A DNA stretch of 63,983 nucleotides, counting the filler, from an uncultured bacterium (GTDB taxonomy: Bacteria; Hinthialibacterota; Hinthialibacteria; Hinthialibacterales; Hinthialibacteraceae): assembly GCA_964449065.1 (NCBI GenBank). It is 4 parts of 4 records of this genome, joined end to end, with 100 filler letters (N's around TTAATTAATTAA, not from the genome) between each part and the next. Parts side by side here need not be neighbours in the genome. Positions count along the whole stretch, not along the records: positions 18,456 to 36,716 come from CAYVAZ010000066.1; positions 36,817 to 54,973 come from CAYVAZ010000067.1; 2 more parts are not named here. One strand, written 5' to 3'. Below, in pieces: positions 27,232 to 37,028 of this stretch. Under the pieces are notes generated by a model, which was not told where the DNA came from, did no database searches, and saw nothing but the letters and a program-made list of their open reading frames with translations. How positions within the stretch are numbered: the first letter of the stretch is position 1; the number at the start of each line of letters is the position of its first letter. The position numbers were made by a program, and so were the translations under genes.

Positions 27232-29783
27232 TTTTACGCGCGTTTTTTCTTCGGTTCGTAACCAAACATCCCATCCGTTTTCTGGCTACTATTTTTGGAG
27301 TTGCCATCGGTGTTGGTTCTGTCATCGCGATTGTGCTTTCCTGTCAAGCCGCGATCCGCGCAATGGTGGAAGATGTTGAAGTGATCGCCGGACGCGCGCA
27401 GTTTGAAATCACCTCACCCGGAAGCATTCCGCAGACTTTGTTGGGGGACTTACGCTATCTCGCCAAAGACGCCCACATTGCCCCGGTTGTTGACGGTTTG
27501 GTCTTTGTACCGAAACTCAACGATATGATTCGTGTTTTGGGTTTGGATATGCTGACGGACGCATCGTTCCGTGAATTGGAGTGGGAAGGCAACGAAGGCA
27601 TTCAGCAGGAACAGATGATTGAGATTTTGCGAGCCGAGGGAGTATTGGTACCCCATGCCTTGGCCCAACAACTGGATATACAATCCGGGTCATCTTTTGA
27701 GATTGTATCGCAGGCACAAACGCATTCGTTAGATGTTATCACAACGTTTGAGCCACAAAACTTTTCTTCCAGTTGGGACCGAATCCTCATTATGGATATT
27801 GCCAAAGCGCAAACGCTGCTAGGCAAAGGCGGGTATATTGACCGGATTGAAATCATCCCGCGCGTTGGCGTAAAAGAGCAGGAACTGAAATCGCAGATCG
27901 TATCCGCGCTGCCGCCGCAATACAATCTCGGCACGCCGTCAGACCGCAGTGATCAAACCGCGCGCATGATTCGTGCCTTGCGCTTTAACCTTACCGCGCT
28001 ATCCGGCATCTCTCTGTTGGTCGGTGCCGTGCTGGTTGCCATAACGTTGTATACATCCGTCATCCAGCGGAAATACATCATCGCGCTGCTGCAATCGCTT
28101 GGGGCGTCCCGAAAACAAATCGCGTATGGTGTATTGATTGAAGCCGGCAGCATCGGCATTTTGGGCGGGATCACCGGTGTCGTCTTCGGGATAGTTGGAT
28201 CGTGGATGGCGCTCTCCAGTGTACGCGCGACCGTAGCGGCGGTGGTGCAGGGCGTACCGGCTTCCAGCATCCAAATTGAGCCTATGCTGGTTGTTGTTGG
28301 TATTGCATTGGGCTTAATGGTTTCGCTTCTATCATCGTATTGGGCGGTACGTGAAGCGTTAAAAACGCCGCCATTGCAAGGCTTAAAAGCCGATAATCCC
28401 GAACGAAAAACGGTCACGAGCTATTTTGTTAATGTTGGGCTGGCTTTGTTGTTTGTCATCATTGCGATTGGCTCAATTTATTTGCCTCCTTACAAAGGGC
28501 TTCCCGTACCCGCTTTGTTCTCTGCTCTCTTTGTGCTATTAACATTTGTCACCTTATCACCGCTTGCGGTCGATATGACAACATGGCTTGTCCATAAAAC
28601 TGTCCGAAGTGTGAAAGCGGTTGTGATCCCATTAGCGGCATCCAGTCTCGCCGCCGCAAGAGAGCGAACCGCATTAGCCGCTTCAGCAATCTGCTTGTCA
28701 ACCGCGTTGGCAATATCCATGACGATTATGATTTCTTCCTTCCGCCAAACCATCGTGGATTGGACCAGTCAAGCCACACTGTCCGATTTATGGATTCGTC
28801 CGTTGAAAACATCATCGGGAGTGCCAGCGGGGAACCTGTCTCCATCATTGATTGATCTCGCTGTCAAGGAATTTGGAGTCGAGCGCGTTGATCCATTCTA
28901 CCGCTCGGAAACCATCATCGATGGCGAGAAAGTGACTTTGGGCGCGGGCGCGTTTCACCCGGTCCGCACGCGCACCGGCGGGGTACCCTTTATGGATGAG
29001 CGTCCCTCCCGCGAGGTGTTTCAAGAGGCGCATAAGAACAACGCTGTGCTGGTGAATGAATCCTTTATGCGCCGCTTTGGATACGGCAAAGGCGATGTCA
29101 TCACCATGCAGGTGCAGGATCAAACCATCCAGCGAAAAATCGAAGGAGTCTTTTACGATTACTCCAGCCACCAGGGTAACGTTATCATGGATAAAGATGA
29201 TTTTTTGCAATACTACACTACTGAAGGGCCGGAAGGCATTGGTGTGTTTCTTCCCGATGGGATTTCAGCCCAAGAAGGCCGAGAAACGTTGCGCGAGAAA
29301 ATTCCGCCAAATTACGCAGTTGATATCATGCTCAATCAAGAACTGCGGCAAGAAATCATGCGGGTATTCGAACGCACCTTCTCCATCACCTATGCATTGC
29401 AGATAATTTCATCCGTCGTGGCGGGGATTGCGGTCCTTTCCGTGCTCTTCGCGCTGGTTGGTGAGCGAAAGCAGGATTTGGCATTGCTGCAATCCATTGG
29501 GGCAACCGGTGTGCAGGTTATCCAAATGGTCATCGGCAAAGCGCTTATAATGGGAGTGATTGGTTTGATTGGAGGGATAGCGGCAGGCTATTTTGTGGGG
29601 GTGATCCTAGTCGAAGTGGTCAACCTGCAATCCTTCAACTGGACGCTGCGCTTTGCGATGCCTTGGATGGAGATTTCTTTTATGGCTGTTCTTGTATTGA
29701 TTGCGTGCAGTTTGGCGGCCATCGCCCCGGCTCTTACGGTTGCCAACCAAAGTTTGCAGGAGGTATTACGTGCCGATGAATAA
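27228..29783 (+). CDS. ABC transporter permease, double FtsX/MacB type (AttF/G-like)
   Basis: two FtsX-type halves (IALLQSLGAS, LALLQSIGAT); ATGA overlap with the ATPase. Confidence 0.9.
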   Translation: MILRAFFLRFVTKHPIRFLATIFGVAIGVGSVIAIVLSCQAAIRAMVEDVEVIAGRAQFEITSPGSIPQTLLGDLRYLAKDAHIAPVVDGLVFVPKLNDMIRVLGLDMLTDASFRELEWEGNEGIQQEQMIEILRAEGVLVPHALAQQLDIQSGSSFEIVSQAQTHSLDVITTFEPQNFSSSWDRILIMDIAKAQTLLGKGGYIDRIEIIPRVGVKEQELKSQIVSALPPQYNLGTPSDRSDQTARMIRALRFNLTALSGISLLVGAVLVAITLYTSVIQRKYIIALLQSLGASRKQIAYGVLIEAGSIGILGGITGVVFGIVGSWMALSSVRATVAAVVQGVPASSIQIEPMLVVVGIALGLMVSLLSSYWAVREALKTPPLQGLKADNPERKTVTSYFVNVGLALLFVIIAIGSIYLPPYKGLPVPALFSALFVLLTFVTLSPLAVDMTTWLVHKTVRSVKAVVIPLAASSLAAARERTALAASAICLSTALAISMTIMISSFRQTIVDWTSQATLSDLWIRPLKTSSGVPAGNLSPSLIDLAVKEFGVERVDPFYRSETIIDGEKVTLGAGAFHPVRTRTGGVPFMDERPSREVFQEAHKNNAVLVNESFMRRFGYGKGDVITMQVQDQTIQRKIEGVFYDYSSHQGNVIMDKDDFLQYYTTEGPEGIGVFLPDGISAQEGRETLREKIPPNYAVDIMLNQELRQEIMRVFERTFSITYALQIISSVVAGIAVLSVLFALVGERKQDLALLQSIGATGVQVIQMVIGKALIMGVIGLIGGIAAGYFVGVILVEVVNLQSFNWTLRFAMPWMEISFMAVLVLIACSLAAIAPALTVANQSLQEVLRADE

Positions 29784-30861
29784 ATACTGTTTTATGCTGC
29801 TGCTATCATGTGTTTCTGCTTTTGCGGATGAGCCGGAATGGAAACGCATCTACCCCGGAGTGGAATTTTCCTTTCCCCGCGACCACGGTTCGCATCCCGA
29901 TACCCAGACCGAATGGTGGTATGTCACCGGGCAAGGCACCGATGAGCAAGGGAAGGAAATCGGCTATCAATTCACCATCTTCCGCTTCGGTATTATTCAT
30001 GAAGATGAACAGGAAGATTCCGATACGCTGCAACCCAATCACTTGCTGATGGGACACATGGCGGTTGCCGATATATCGAACCAATCCTTTTACAAAGCGG
30101 AACGCATCCGCCGCGCGGGCGCGGGTTTTGCCGGGGCATCCGAAGAGAAGATGTATTCATGGATCGGTGATTGGGAAATCGATCAAGATGAAACCGGAAC
30201 CATTACCATCAAAGCAACGGCGCGGGAAGAAGGGATTTCACTCAACCTAACATTGAATCCGCTAAAAAAACCGGTCTTTCACGGCAAAGATGGCTATTCA
30301 CAAAAGGGGGAAGAAGTCGGCAACGCATCCGTTTACTATAGTTATACACGCATCCAAACTTCTGGAACCATAACCATCGAAGGCACAGAGCATCAGTTTA
30401 CCGGCACATCTTGGTTTGATCACGAATACGGCAGCAGCCAATTGGGCGAAGGCGTGGCAGGTTGGGATTGGTGGGGTATTCACCTTGATGACGGCAGTGA
30501 ACTGATGCTTTATCAACTGCGCTATAAAGAAGGCGGCGCAATTCCGCAATCATCCGCAACCTTAGTAAAGCCCTCGGGTGAAGATATTCAATTCAATAAA
30601 GAGGATTGGATTCTGACTCCGCTATCGTTTTGGGAAAGTAAAAGAACCGGAGGAAAATATCCTGTGGAATGGGAATTGAAAATCCCCAAACACAATATCA
30701 ATATCAATTTGCAAGCAAAGTTAAACAACACCGAAATGGTCACAGACCGCTCAACCGGGGTGACCTATTGGGAAGGCCCGGTTGCCGTCACCGGCAGCCA
30801 TACCGGATCCGGCTATATGGAACTGACGGGCTATGCGGGAATATTTAACAATACATTTTAG
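29776..30861 (+). CDS. lipocalin-like AttH/CrtC family protein
   Basis: FSFPRDHGSHP..EWWY, YYSY.R, WFDHE, GWDW, YWEG, GYMELTGY; likely start MNKYCF with signal peptide. Confidence 0.9.
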   Translation: MNKYCFMLLLSCVSAFADEPEWKRIYPGVEFSFPRDHGSHPDTQTEWWYVTGQGTDEQGKEIGYQFTIFRFGIIHEDEQEDSDTLQPNHLLMGHMAVADISNQSFYKAERIRRAGAGFAGASEEKMYSWIGDWEIDQDETGTITIKATAREEGISLNLTLNPLKKPVFHGKDGYSQKGEEVGNASVYYSYTRIQTSGTITIEGTEHQFTGTSWFDHEYGSSQLGEGVAGWDWWGIHLDDGSELMLYQLRYKEGGAIPQSSATLVKPSGEDIQFNKEDWILTPLSFWESKRTGGKYPVEWELKIPKHNININLQAKLNNTEMVTDRSTGVTYWEGPVAVTGSHTGSGYMELTGYAGIFNNTF

Positions 30862-30871
30862 GTTTATTGGT

Positions 30872-31762
30872 ATGGGTAGACGCATTTTCAATTTCCGCTT
30901 CATCAATCTCGCAGCGCTGATATTAATCATCAGCGGACTGGTTCATCTTGTGATTTTCGCGATTACGCAAGAAGCCTTTGCCGGTTCGACTTCCATCCGT
31001 AAACCGATTTTGTTCGGCATCTCGACCGGACTTACTATTTTTTCCATCGGCATGATTGCGGCATATTATTTGAGAGACCAATGGCAGCGAATCTTGGAGT
31101 GGGTTGTAGGCATTAGCGCAATCATCGAGGTCGCTTTCATCACGCTTCAATACTGGCGGGGAGTGCCATCCCACTTCAACCGCACAACTTGGCTGAATGC
31201 TAGAATCGATGATGTGGTCTATTACACCGTCATGGTCTTACTCACCGCGGTTTTGTATCAAACGATACTCGTCTTGTGGAAAAAGCCTGTCATCGAAATC
31301 CACAACGATATGAAATTGGCAATCCAATCCGGAATGCTTTTTCTCACCTTTTCTTGCTTATTTGGGTTATGGATGGTCTTCTACGGCGAATCACAAGCAG
31401 CGAAAGGATTGCCTCCCGGGGTTTATAAAAATGAAGGGATTCTGAAGTTTGTGCATGGCTGCACGATCCACGCCATTCAGTTGTTACCGCTGTTAAGTTG
31501 GGCATACCAAAAACTCTCGTTCCCGTTAAACCAAAGGCTATGCTATATATGGATATCCAACGCGGGGCACAGCGGATTGCTGCTTTTTTCTCTCATGCAA
31601 ACATTGGCCGGAAGACCGCGAATGGATTTCACCATTCTATCCTTGAGCGTTTTTCTTATCTCTGTGATTCTCTTTATAATTTCATTTGCTTTGCCAATAT
31701 TAGTACGTTTTATCAAAGCCATTCATCCCAAAAAACAAGGGTCCATCCATGAAGCCGTATGA
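30872..31762 (+). CDS. hypothetical integral membrane protein
   Basis: about 8 TM helices; RKPILFGIS, QYWRGVPSHFN, HG..IHAIQ.LP motifs; start uncertain. Confidence 0.8.
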   Translation: MGRRIFNFRFINLAALILIISGLVHLVIFAITQEAFAGSTSIRKPILFGISTGLTIFSIGMIAAYYLRDQWQRILEWVVGISAIIEVAFITLQYWRGVPSHFNRTTWLNARIDDVVYYTVMVLLTAVLYQTILVLWKKPVIEIHNDMKLAIQSGMLFLTFSCLFGLWMVFYGESQAAKGLPPGVYKNEGILKFVHGCTIHAIQLLPLLSWAYQKLSFPLNQRLCYIWISNAGHSGLLLFSLMQTLAGRPRMDFTILSLSVFLISVILFIISFALPILVRFIKAIHPKKQGSIHEAV

Positions 31763-32711
31763 CACCATCATCATCGGCGCGGGGATATCAGGCCTGATTG
31801 CCGCACAGATACTGCAACGCGAAGGCCGCGGTGTTTTGCTGCTCGAAAAAAGCCGGGGAGTAGGCGGGCGCATGGCCACACGCCGTATCGGTGAAGCGGT
31901 GCTGGATCACGGCGCGCAATTCTTTACCGTCCGCTCGGACGAATATCGGGTATGGGTGCAGCGCTTTGTCGAAGAAGACATTGCCCGAATTTGGTGCCAT
32001 GGCTTTGGCAAGGATGACGGCCACCCACGCTACCGGGGCACCAAAGCGATGACCGGTATCCCCAAGTGGCTGGCACATAATTTGAATATCCACTTTCAAC
32101 AACGCGTTGAGATATTATCGCTTCAGGATGATTGTGTGGATTTGCGAACGGATTCCGGAGAAGCATATCAAGCAAAATCGGTGATCCTAACCGCACCGCT
32201 GCCGCAAGCATTAGATTTGATTCAGCAATCCCGGATCATAATCGAAGATGTTATAATCGATTCACTCAAGACGATTGAATACGATCCTTGTATCGCTCTT
32301 TTGTGTGTGTTCGATCGTGAGACCAAGGTGCCCGATGAGGGCGGGCTGCAAGTTCCGAACGAAACCATCGATTTTATCGCGGATCATTTTAAGAAGGGAA
32401 TATCGCCTGTTCCGGCAGTGACGATTCATGCATCGGCAGGCTTCAGCAGACACCATTACGAAAGCGAAGATGAAGCGGTGTCACACCAACTACTGGAAGC
32501 GGCAAAAGAATGGCTGCCGAATCCTCCGACAGAAGTGCACGTCAAACGGTGGAAGTACAGCAAACCCAAAGATACCTTGCTGCATAAGTATTTTCGAATT
32601 TCGGACTTTCCGCCGGTACTTTTGGCAGGCGACGCGTTTGACGGGGCCAAAGTTGAGGGGGCGGCACTCAGTGGATTGCATGCCGCGAAGGCACTTCTTC
32701 AAGCATCATAA
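31749..32711 (+). CDS. renalase-like FAD/NAD(P)-dependent oxidoreductase
   Basis: IIGAGISG, EKSRGVGGRMATRR, DHGAQFFT, RWKYS, VEGAALSG. Confidence 0.92.
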   Translation: MKPYDTIIIGAGISGLIAAQILQREGRGVLLLEKSRGVGGRMATRRIGEAVLDHGAQFFTVRSDEYRVWVQRFVEEDIARIWCHGFGKDDGHPRYRGTKAMTGIPKWLAHNLNIHFQQRVEILSLQDDCVDLRTDSGEAYQAKSVILTAPLPQALDLIQQSRIIIEDVIIDSLKTIEYDPCIALLCVFDRETKVPDEGGLQVPNETIDFIADHFKKGISPVPAVTIHASAGFSRHHYESEDEAVSHQLLEAAKEWLPNPPTEVHVKRWKYSKPKDTLLHKYFRISDFPPVLLAGDAFDGAKVEGAALSGLHAAKALLQAS

Positions 32712-33374
32712 TGAGAATTGGGCTGCGTCGGCATATTCCAACAGGATAAACTCATACTCATTTTTCCAACGGTCACCGATTTCTATATCAACCTCTTCTT
32801 GCTTCAGATGATCTATAATTCGTTCCGCTTCGGCATAAAACCGGAAACCGCTTACACTTTTCGCGTAAGCATCATCGAGCGATGTGGGGAACATGCGTTT
32901 CATTTCTTGCAAGCGGCTTGCGGTCATTCCTTCCAACATGGGCATATAGACTTCCGAAGCCCCATCCTCCGCCAGGTATTTCTCAGCGGCTTCTTTTGCC
33001 GTCATACGGCCCGCGACGACAGCCTCCGCGGCCGCGATTTGATTGCGTACGTTCTCTTGAATCGCTTGAAACTGATCTCCGGTTAAGGCCAATTCTTCTC
33101 TTGTTTTCATATAATCCACAATCTCTTTTGTCGTGAGTGAGATATCGTATTTGGCGATTAAATGGTTATGTACGGCATTGATTTTTTCCTCACGGGGTGT
33201 CCTTCCGGGAAATCTTGGATGTGTCGTTTGCGGCCTATCTTCTAGGGATAAACCATGCATATTTAATTGCTTTTCAACCATCCAAAAATAACACTGGTAT
33301 TGAGTAACCATCATGACGATAAGAAAAACGATAAACAAGGCTGACTTTGAAGGATTATCAAACATGGAATCCAT
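32706..33374 (-). CDS. hypothetical protein with N-terminal membrane anchor
   Basis: 222-aa ORF with GGAGG RBS, immediately after the lipoprotein gene. Confidence 0.7.
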   Translation of the reverse strand: MDSMFDNPSKSALFIVFLIVMMVTQYQCYFWMVEKQLNMHGLSLEDRPQTTHPRFPGRTPREEKINAVHNHLIAKYDISLTTKEIVDYMKTREELALTGDQFQAIQENVRNQIAAAEAVVAGRMTAKEAAEKYLAEDGASEVYMPMLEGMTASRLQEMKRMFPTSLDDAYAKSVSGFRFYAEAERIIDHLKQEEVDIEIGDRWKNEYEFILLEYADAAQFSL

Positions 33375-33383
33375 ACCTCCCCT

Positions 33384-34838
33384 TTACTCAAACACGGATG
33401 TAAATTTATCCCAAAATTGCTCCAACAAACTTTTGCTTCTGCCAATGTTGCTGTGTTTGAGAGTCTTGGCATCATTCTTCAACCGCTGGTTGTCTTCATC
33501 GCCAGGCCGGTTTGGGATTGCCGCCACGTCATCAAACAAGGCATCCGATTTTTCTTTCATACCTTTTGCTTGCAGCAGCTGTGCTTCCACCAGTTTAATG
33601 CGCCCGCCCAAATACGAATCCAGTCGGTCTTCATTGGTCATGCTGTTCAATATTTCTTCCGCCCGGTCAAAGTTTTCATCTTTAATACTTTGTTCGGCAA
33701 GAATCAGCCCCGCATCTTTTCCGGAAACTTGACTGCCATACCATTGATACACTTGTTCCAATTGATGTCTGGCATCATCACTTCGATCAAGATACATTAA
33801 ATCAATGGCATATCCCGCCAAAATATGGCTGATGGAGCCGCCCGATACCGAGCCGCGTCTGTCCTCATTTTGAAAAATGGATGACGTGATAAACCAATGA
33901 TAGAGTGGATAACTCAAATCATATTTACCGGGATACACATCGCTGATGGTCATCCCCATGATGCGGGTGTAGTACGTCATCCAATTGTCGTGTTTCGGAT
34001 TTTGCGCAATCAAGTCCAATTGCTCATTGAGTTGGTCGTAGTTGTTGAAAATCAGCGCAATGGATGCATACAGCATATCCCGGTACAAAGCCCAGCGAGG
34101 CTCATCATTCATCTCTGCCGCACGGTTCGCGGCTTCCACGGCAAAGAGATAATCCCCGCGCCCGAAATGCATCATCGCCGCTCCCATCATCAAACCCGGC
34201 TGGTTTGATTCCTGGCATTTAATCAGCATGTTGTTGAGTTCACCGGAACCGGGGCTGTTCTTCTCAATCTTCATCACCAAATTGGGGATAACTTCAAAAT
34301 ACGCGAACAACTGCAACTGCTGCCGGCTGTGGTGCGGATACAATTCACCAAAGTTTAAGAACATTTGCAGGGCTTCGAAATCATTTCCCCTGGACCGTTC
34401 GTCTTCGGCAATTTGGTAATACAAATCGGCTTTTTGATCCTGTTCATCATCTGTTCTTTCAGGCTGGGTTTTATAAGCCAATTCCACCAAGCGGCGCGCT
34501 TCTCCGAATTGATGCGCGCTTTTCATTACCTTAAACGCGCTTTTATACGCACGGGCACGAATCGCGTCGTCATAGGAGTCATTCCCGCCAACCGATTCAA
34601 GATACTTTGCAATCACATTTGGGTCATCATCTGGATGGCGGTTGGGCAAGGCATCCAACACGGCGAATTTATCATCCGCGCTTGCGTTGGATTGCAGAAT
34701 CTCATCAACGGCTGCTAAACGCTCCTCTACATTTTTAATCTCTTCTATTTGTGCCCTTACATCCACATGGCTGCAACCGGAAAATATATAAACGGCAAAC
34801 AGCAATACCACAGTAAGCGTGTGCTTTTTCATGATCAT
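33384..34838 (-). CDS. TPR-like helical-repeat lipoprotein
   Basis: lipobox FSGC; TPR-like helices (LYYQIAE..RG.D.EAL, GDYLFAV, E.FDRAEEIL). Confidence 0.75.
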   Translation of the reverse strand: MIMKKHTLTVVLLFAVYIFSGCSHVDVRAQIEEIKNVEERLAAVDEILQSNASADDKFAVLDALPNRHPDDDPNVIAKYLESVGGNDSYDDAIRARAYKSAFKVMKSAHQFGEARRLVELAYKTQPERTDDEQDQKADLYYQIAEDERSRGNDFEALQMFLNFGELYPHHSRQQLQLFAYFEVIPNLVMKIEKNSPGSGELNNMLIKCQESNQPGLMMGAAMMHFGRGDYLFAVEAANRAAEMNDEPRWALYRDMLYASIALIFNNYDQLNEQLDLIAQNPKHDNWMTYYTRIMGMTISDVYPGKYDLSYPLYHWFITSSIFQNEDRRGSVSGGSISHILAGYAIDLMYLDRSDDARHQLEQVYQWYGSQVSGKDAGLILAEQSIKDENFDRAEEILNSMTNEDRLDSYLGGRIKLVEAQLLQAKGMKEKSDALFDDVAAIPNRPGDEDNQRLKNDAKTLKHSNIGRSKSLLEQFWDKFTSVFE

Positions 34839-34945
34839 TCCATTTTAAAAATATAGATTTTTAGAGATGGGATATATTATATCAAAAACAAAAGATTTGG
34901 GTAAAAATATTTCTCAGCGGATCAATATTAACAATCCAATAACAA

Positions 34946-35854
34946 TTACTTGGCGGAAACAACAACTTCACCTTCTTGCTTTATTAACTCGCTAAACAAC
35001 TCATTCAGTCTTGCAGTCACCTCACCGCATTGTTGATCGCCAATCGGACGTTGATCCACTTCAATCACCGGGGCGATTTCTCCCATCGTCCCCGTGCAAA
35101 ACATCTCATCCGCGCGGTAGACTTCGGTCAACGAGATATTTTTCACTTCATACAGAAGCTTGTTCGTTTCGCACAATTCCAAAATCACACCGCGGGTAAT
35201 CCCTTCCGGGCAGGCGTGGGTATGCGGGGTCATCACAACACCGTCTTTCACGATGAACACATGCGTGGCGTTGGTTTCGGCCACAAAGCCGTTCAAGTCG
35301 AGCATCAGCGCGTCATCCACTCCCGCCGCGTTGGCTTGAATCTTGGCCATTATCGAAGGAATCAAATTGCATGAGTGAATCTTCTGATCCAACACATCCG
35401 CGGGAGGTCTTCGAATCGTAGTGGTAGCCAAACGGATTCCAGCCTTATCATACACTGGCGGTTTGTGTTCCGCCAACACAATCAGCGTGGGACCAACCGT
35501 GTTGAGGCGCGGGTCCATCCCGCTGGTGTATTTCAGTCCGCGCGTAAGGGTTAAGCGAATGTGAATGCCGTCATACATCTTGTTCGCTTCCAGTGTTTTC
35601 TTAATTTGCGCGATCATTTCTTCATGCGATGGTATTTCGGCAAAAGCCAACGCCATCGCGGAATGGCGCAGGCGGTCTAAATGTTCGCGCAGTGTAAAGA
35701 TTCTGCCATCATACACCCGCAAGCCTTCCCAAACCGCGTCGCCTCCCTGCACCACCGAATCAAACGGACTCACCCCCGCTTCATCCCGGTGTAAGAGTTT
35801 CCCGTTTATGTTGATCAACAAATTTTTATTGTTCTCATTAAACTCTTGCTTCAT
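34946..35854 (-). CDS. aminotransferase class IV (branched-chain aminotransferase-like)
   Basis: GDAVWEGLR, HLDRL, KIHSCN, E.NAT.VF, GITR, ADEMF.TGT. Confidence 0.93.
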   Translation of the reverse strand: MKQEFNENNKNLLININGKLLHRDEAGVSPFDSVVQGGDAVWEGLRVYDGRIFTLREHLDRLRHSAMALAFAEIPSHEEMIAQIKKTLEANKMYDGIHIRLTLTRGLKYTSGMDPRLNTVGPTLIVLAEHKPPVYDKAGIRLATTTIRRPPADVLDQKIHSCNLIPSIMAKIQANAAGVDDALMLDLNGFVAETNATHVFIVKDGVVMTPHTHACPEGITRGVILELCETNKLLYEVKNISLTEVYRADEMFCTGTMGEIAPVIEVDQRPIGDQQCGEVTARLNELFSELIKQEGEVVVSAK

Positions 35855-35865
35855 TACCGATCCTT

Positions 35866-36600
35866 TTAGTGTATGCGGTGTGGATACAATTCCTCATACA
35901 GTTCTTCACATTGTTTGAGTAAATCCTGCCATTGCGGAGGAACTTCTTCATGCTTTGGTTTGTAAGGAGCGAAACCAGTCGACTTTGCGGCATTGTCATA
36001 CCAATACTTCGCCCAAATACCATCCGTATCACGAATACCCAGTTCCCAGCTCAGCATTTCATCCACAAACACTATCCCCAGCGCATCACACCATTTGTGC
36101 AAGATGTCTTGGGGATTCATCAAAATATCTTTGGAGTCTATCACGATAGGTGTTGTTCCGGTCGATTTTTTGAGGCGCTTGAACAATTCCACCTGTTCCA
36201 GAAGACCGAATTCATCCAAATTCAATTCTGGAACGATCTTTATGAAGGAAGTGATCATGTCTTTCGGTTCGCGAATCAAAAAACAATTCGTTACCCTCTC
36301 CGTCCAACTCATATCGGTGCCGGGGATCATGTGTTTGTTCATGTGTTTTTGGTAGTAAATGTTTTTTCCATTGGGAAGAGGAGCCAGTAAAGACTCAATT
36401 ACTTTACCGGGATCGGTTTCATGATGTTGAATCACTTCATCCCTGCCGGGATGATCGGTATTGACCTTGGAAAGGTAATACGCATAGAAAGGTTCATCGA
36501 TTACAAGGGTATCGGGGCGGTTGCCCCAAGACCGCATCAACGCCGTGGAAATGTTCCGCGGCCCCGACCATACCGCTAAACGTAAGGGTTCGACTAACAT
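35866..36600 (-). CDS. sulfotransferase-like P-loop protein (partner of class IV aminotransferase)
   Basis: WSGPRNISTALMRSW, DEPFYA, YQKHM, FLIREP, WA.YWY..A..STGF. Confidence 0.85.
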   Translation of the reverse strand: MLVEPLRLAVWSGPRNISTALMRSWGNRPDTLVIDEPFYAYYLSKVNTDHPGRDEVIQHHETDPGKVIESLLAPLPNGKNIYYQKHMNKHMIPGTDMSWTERVTNCFLIREPKDMITSFIKIVPELNLDEFGLLEQVELFKRLKKSTGTTPIVIDSKDILMNPQDILHKWCDALGIVFVDEMLSWELGIRDTDGIWAKYWYDNAAKSTGFAPYKPKHEEVPPQWQDLLKQCEELYEELYPHRIH

Positions 36601-36716
36601 TGATCAAATCAATTAAAAAATTATCAATGGATTCTAAATCACATTATTAACACACGTTACGCACTACATTATGATATGCCCATTTTTCTAATCGTTCGCT
36701 GAATCTATCACCCTCT

Positions 36717-36816
36717 NNNNNNNNNNNNNNNNNNNNNNNNNNNNNNNNNNNNNNNNNNNNTTAATTAATTAANNNNNNNNNNNNNNNNNNNNNNNNNNNN
36801 NNNNNNNNNNNNNNNN
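36717..36816. other. artificial contig linker
   Basis: 44 N + TTAATTAATTAA + 44 N. Confidence 0.98.
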
Positions 36817-37028
36817 CGGTTGCGATATATCCATACTTCATCTCCAAAATACCCTCATTCCGATTTGCATTCATATTATGTAACTGATGTTCCGAATTCA
36901 GAATTCCTCCGAAACAAATATCATGTTTAATGAAGTAAAGATGAGAGTTTGAAATCTGAAGGATAACCAGTACACTTTACTGCTCAATATGAAAATTTCT
37001 TTGTATTTATGAGTCAATGGAGATTGGA

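Noticed and set aside
29701..29775. Long N-terminal extensions in the ORF track (also 40844-40957, 58403-58537, 48639-48701, 22039-22098)
   Set aside because: They overlap upstream genes or promoters; downstream ATGs give family-typical N-termini or signal peptides.
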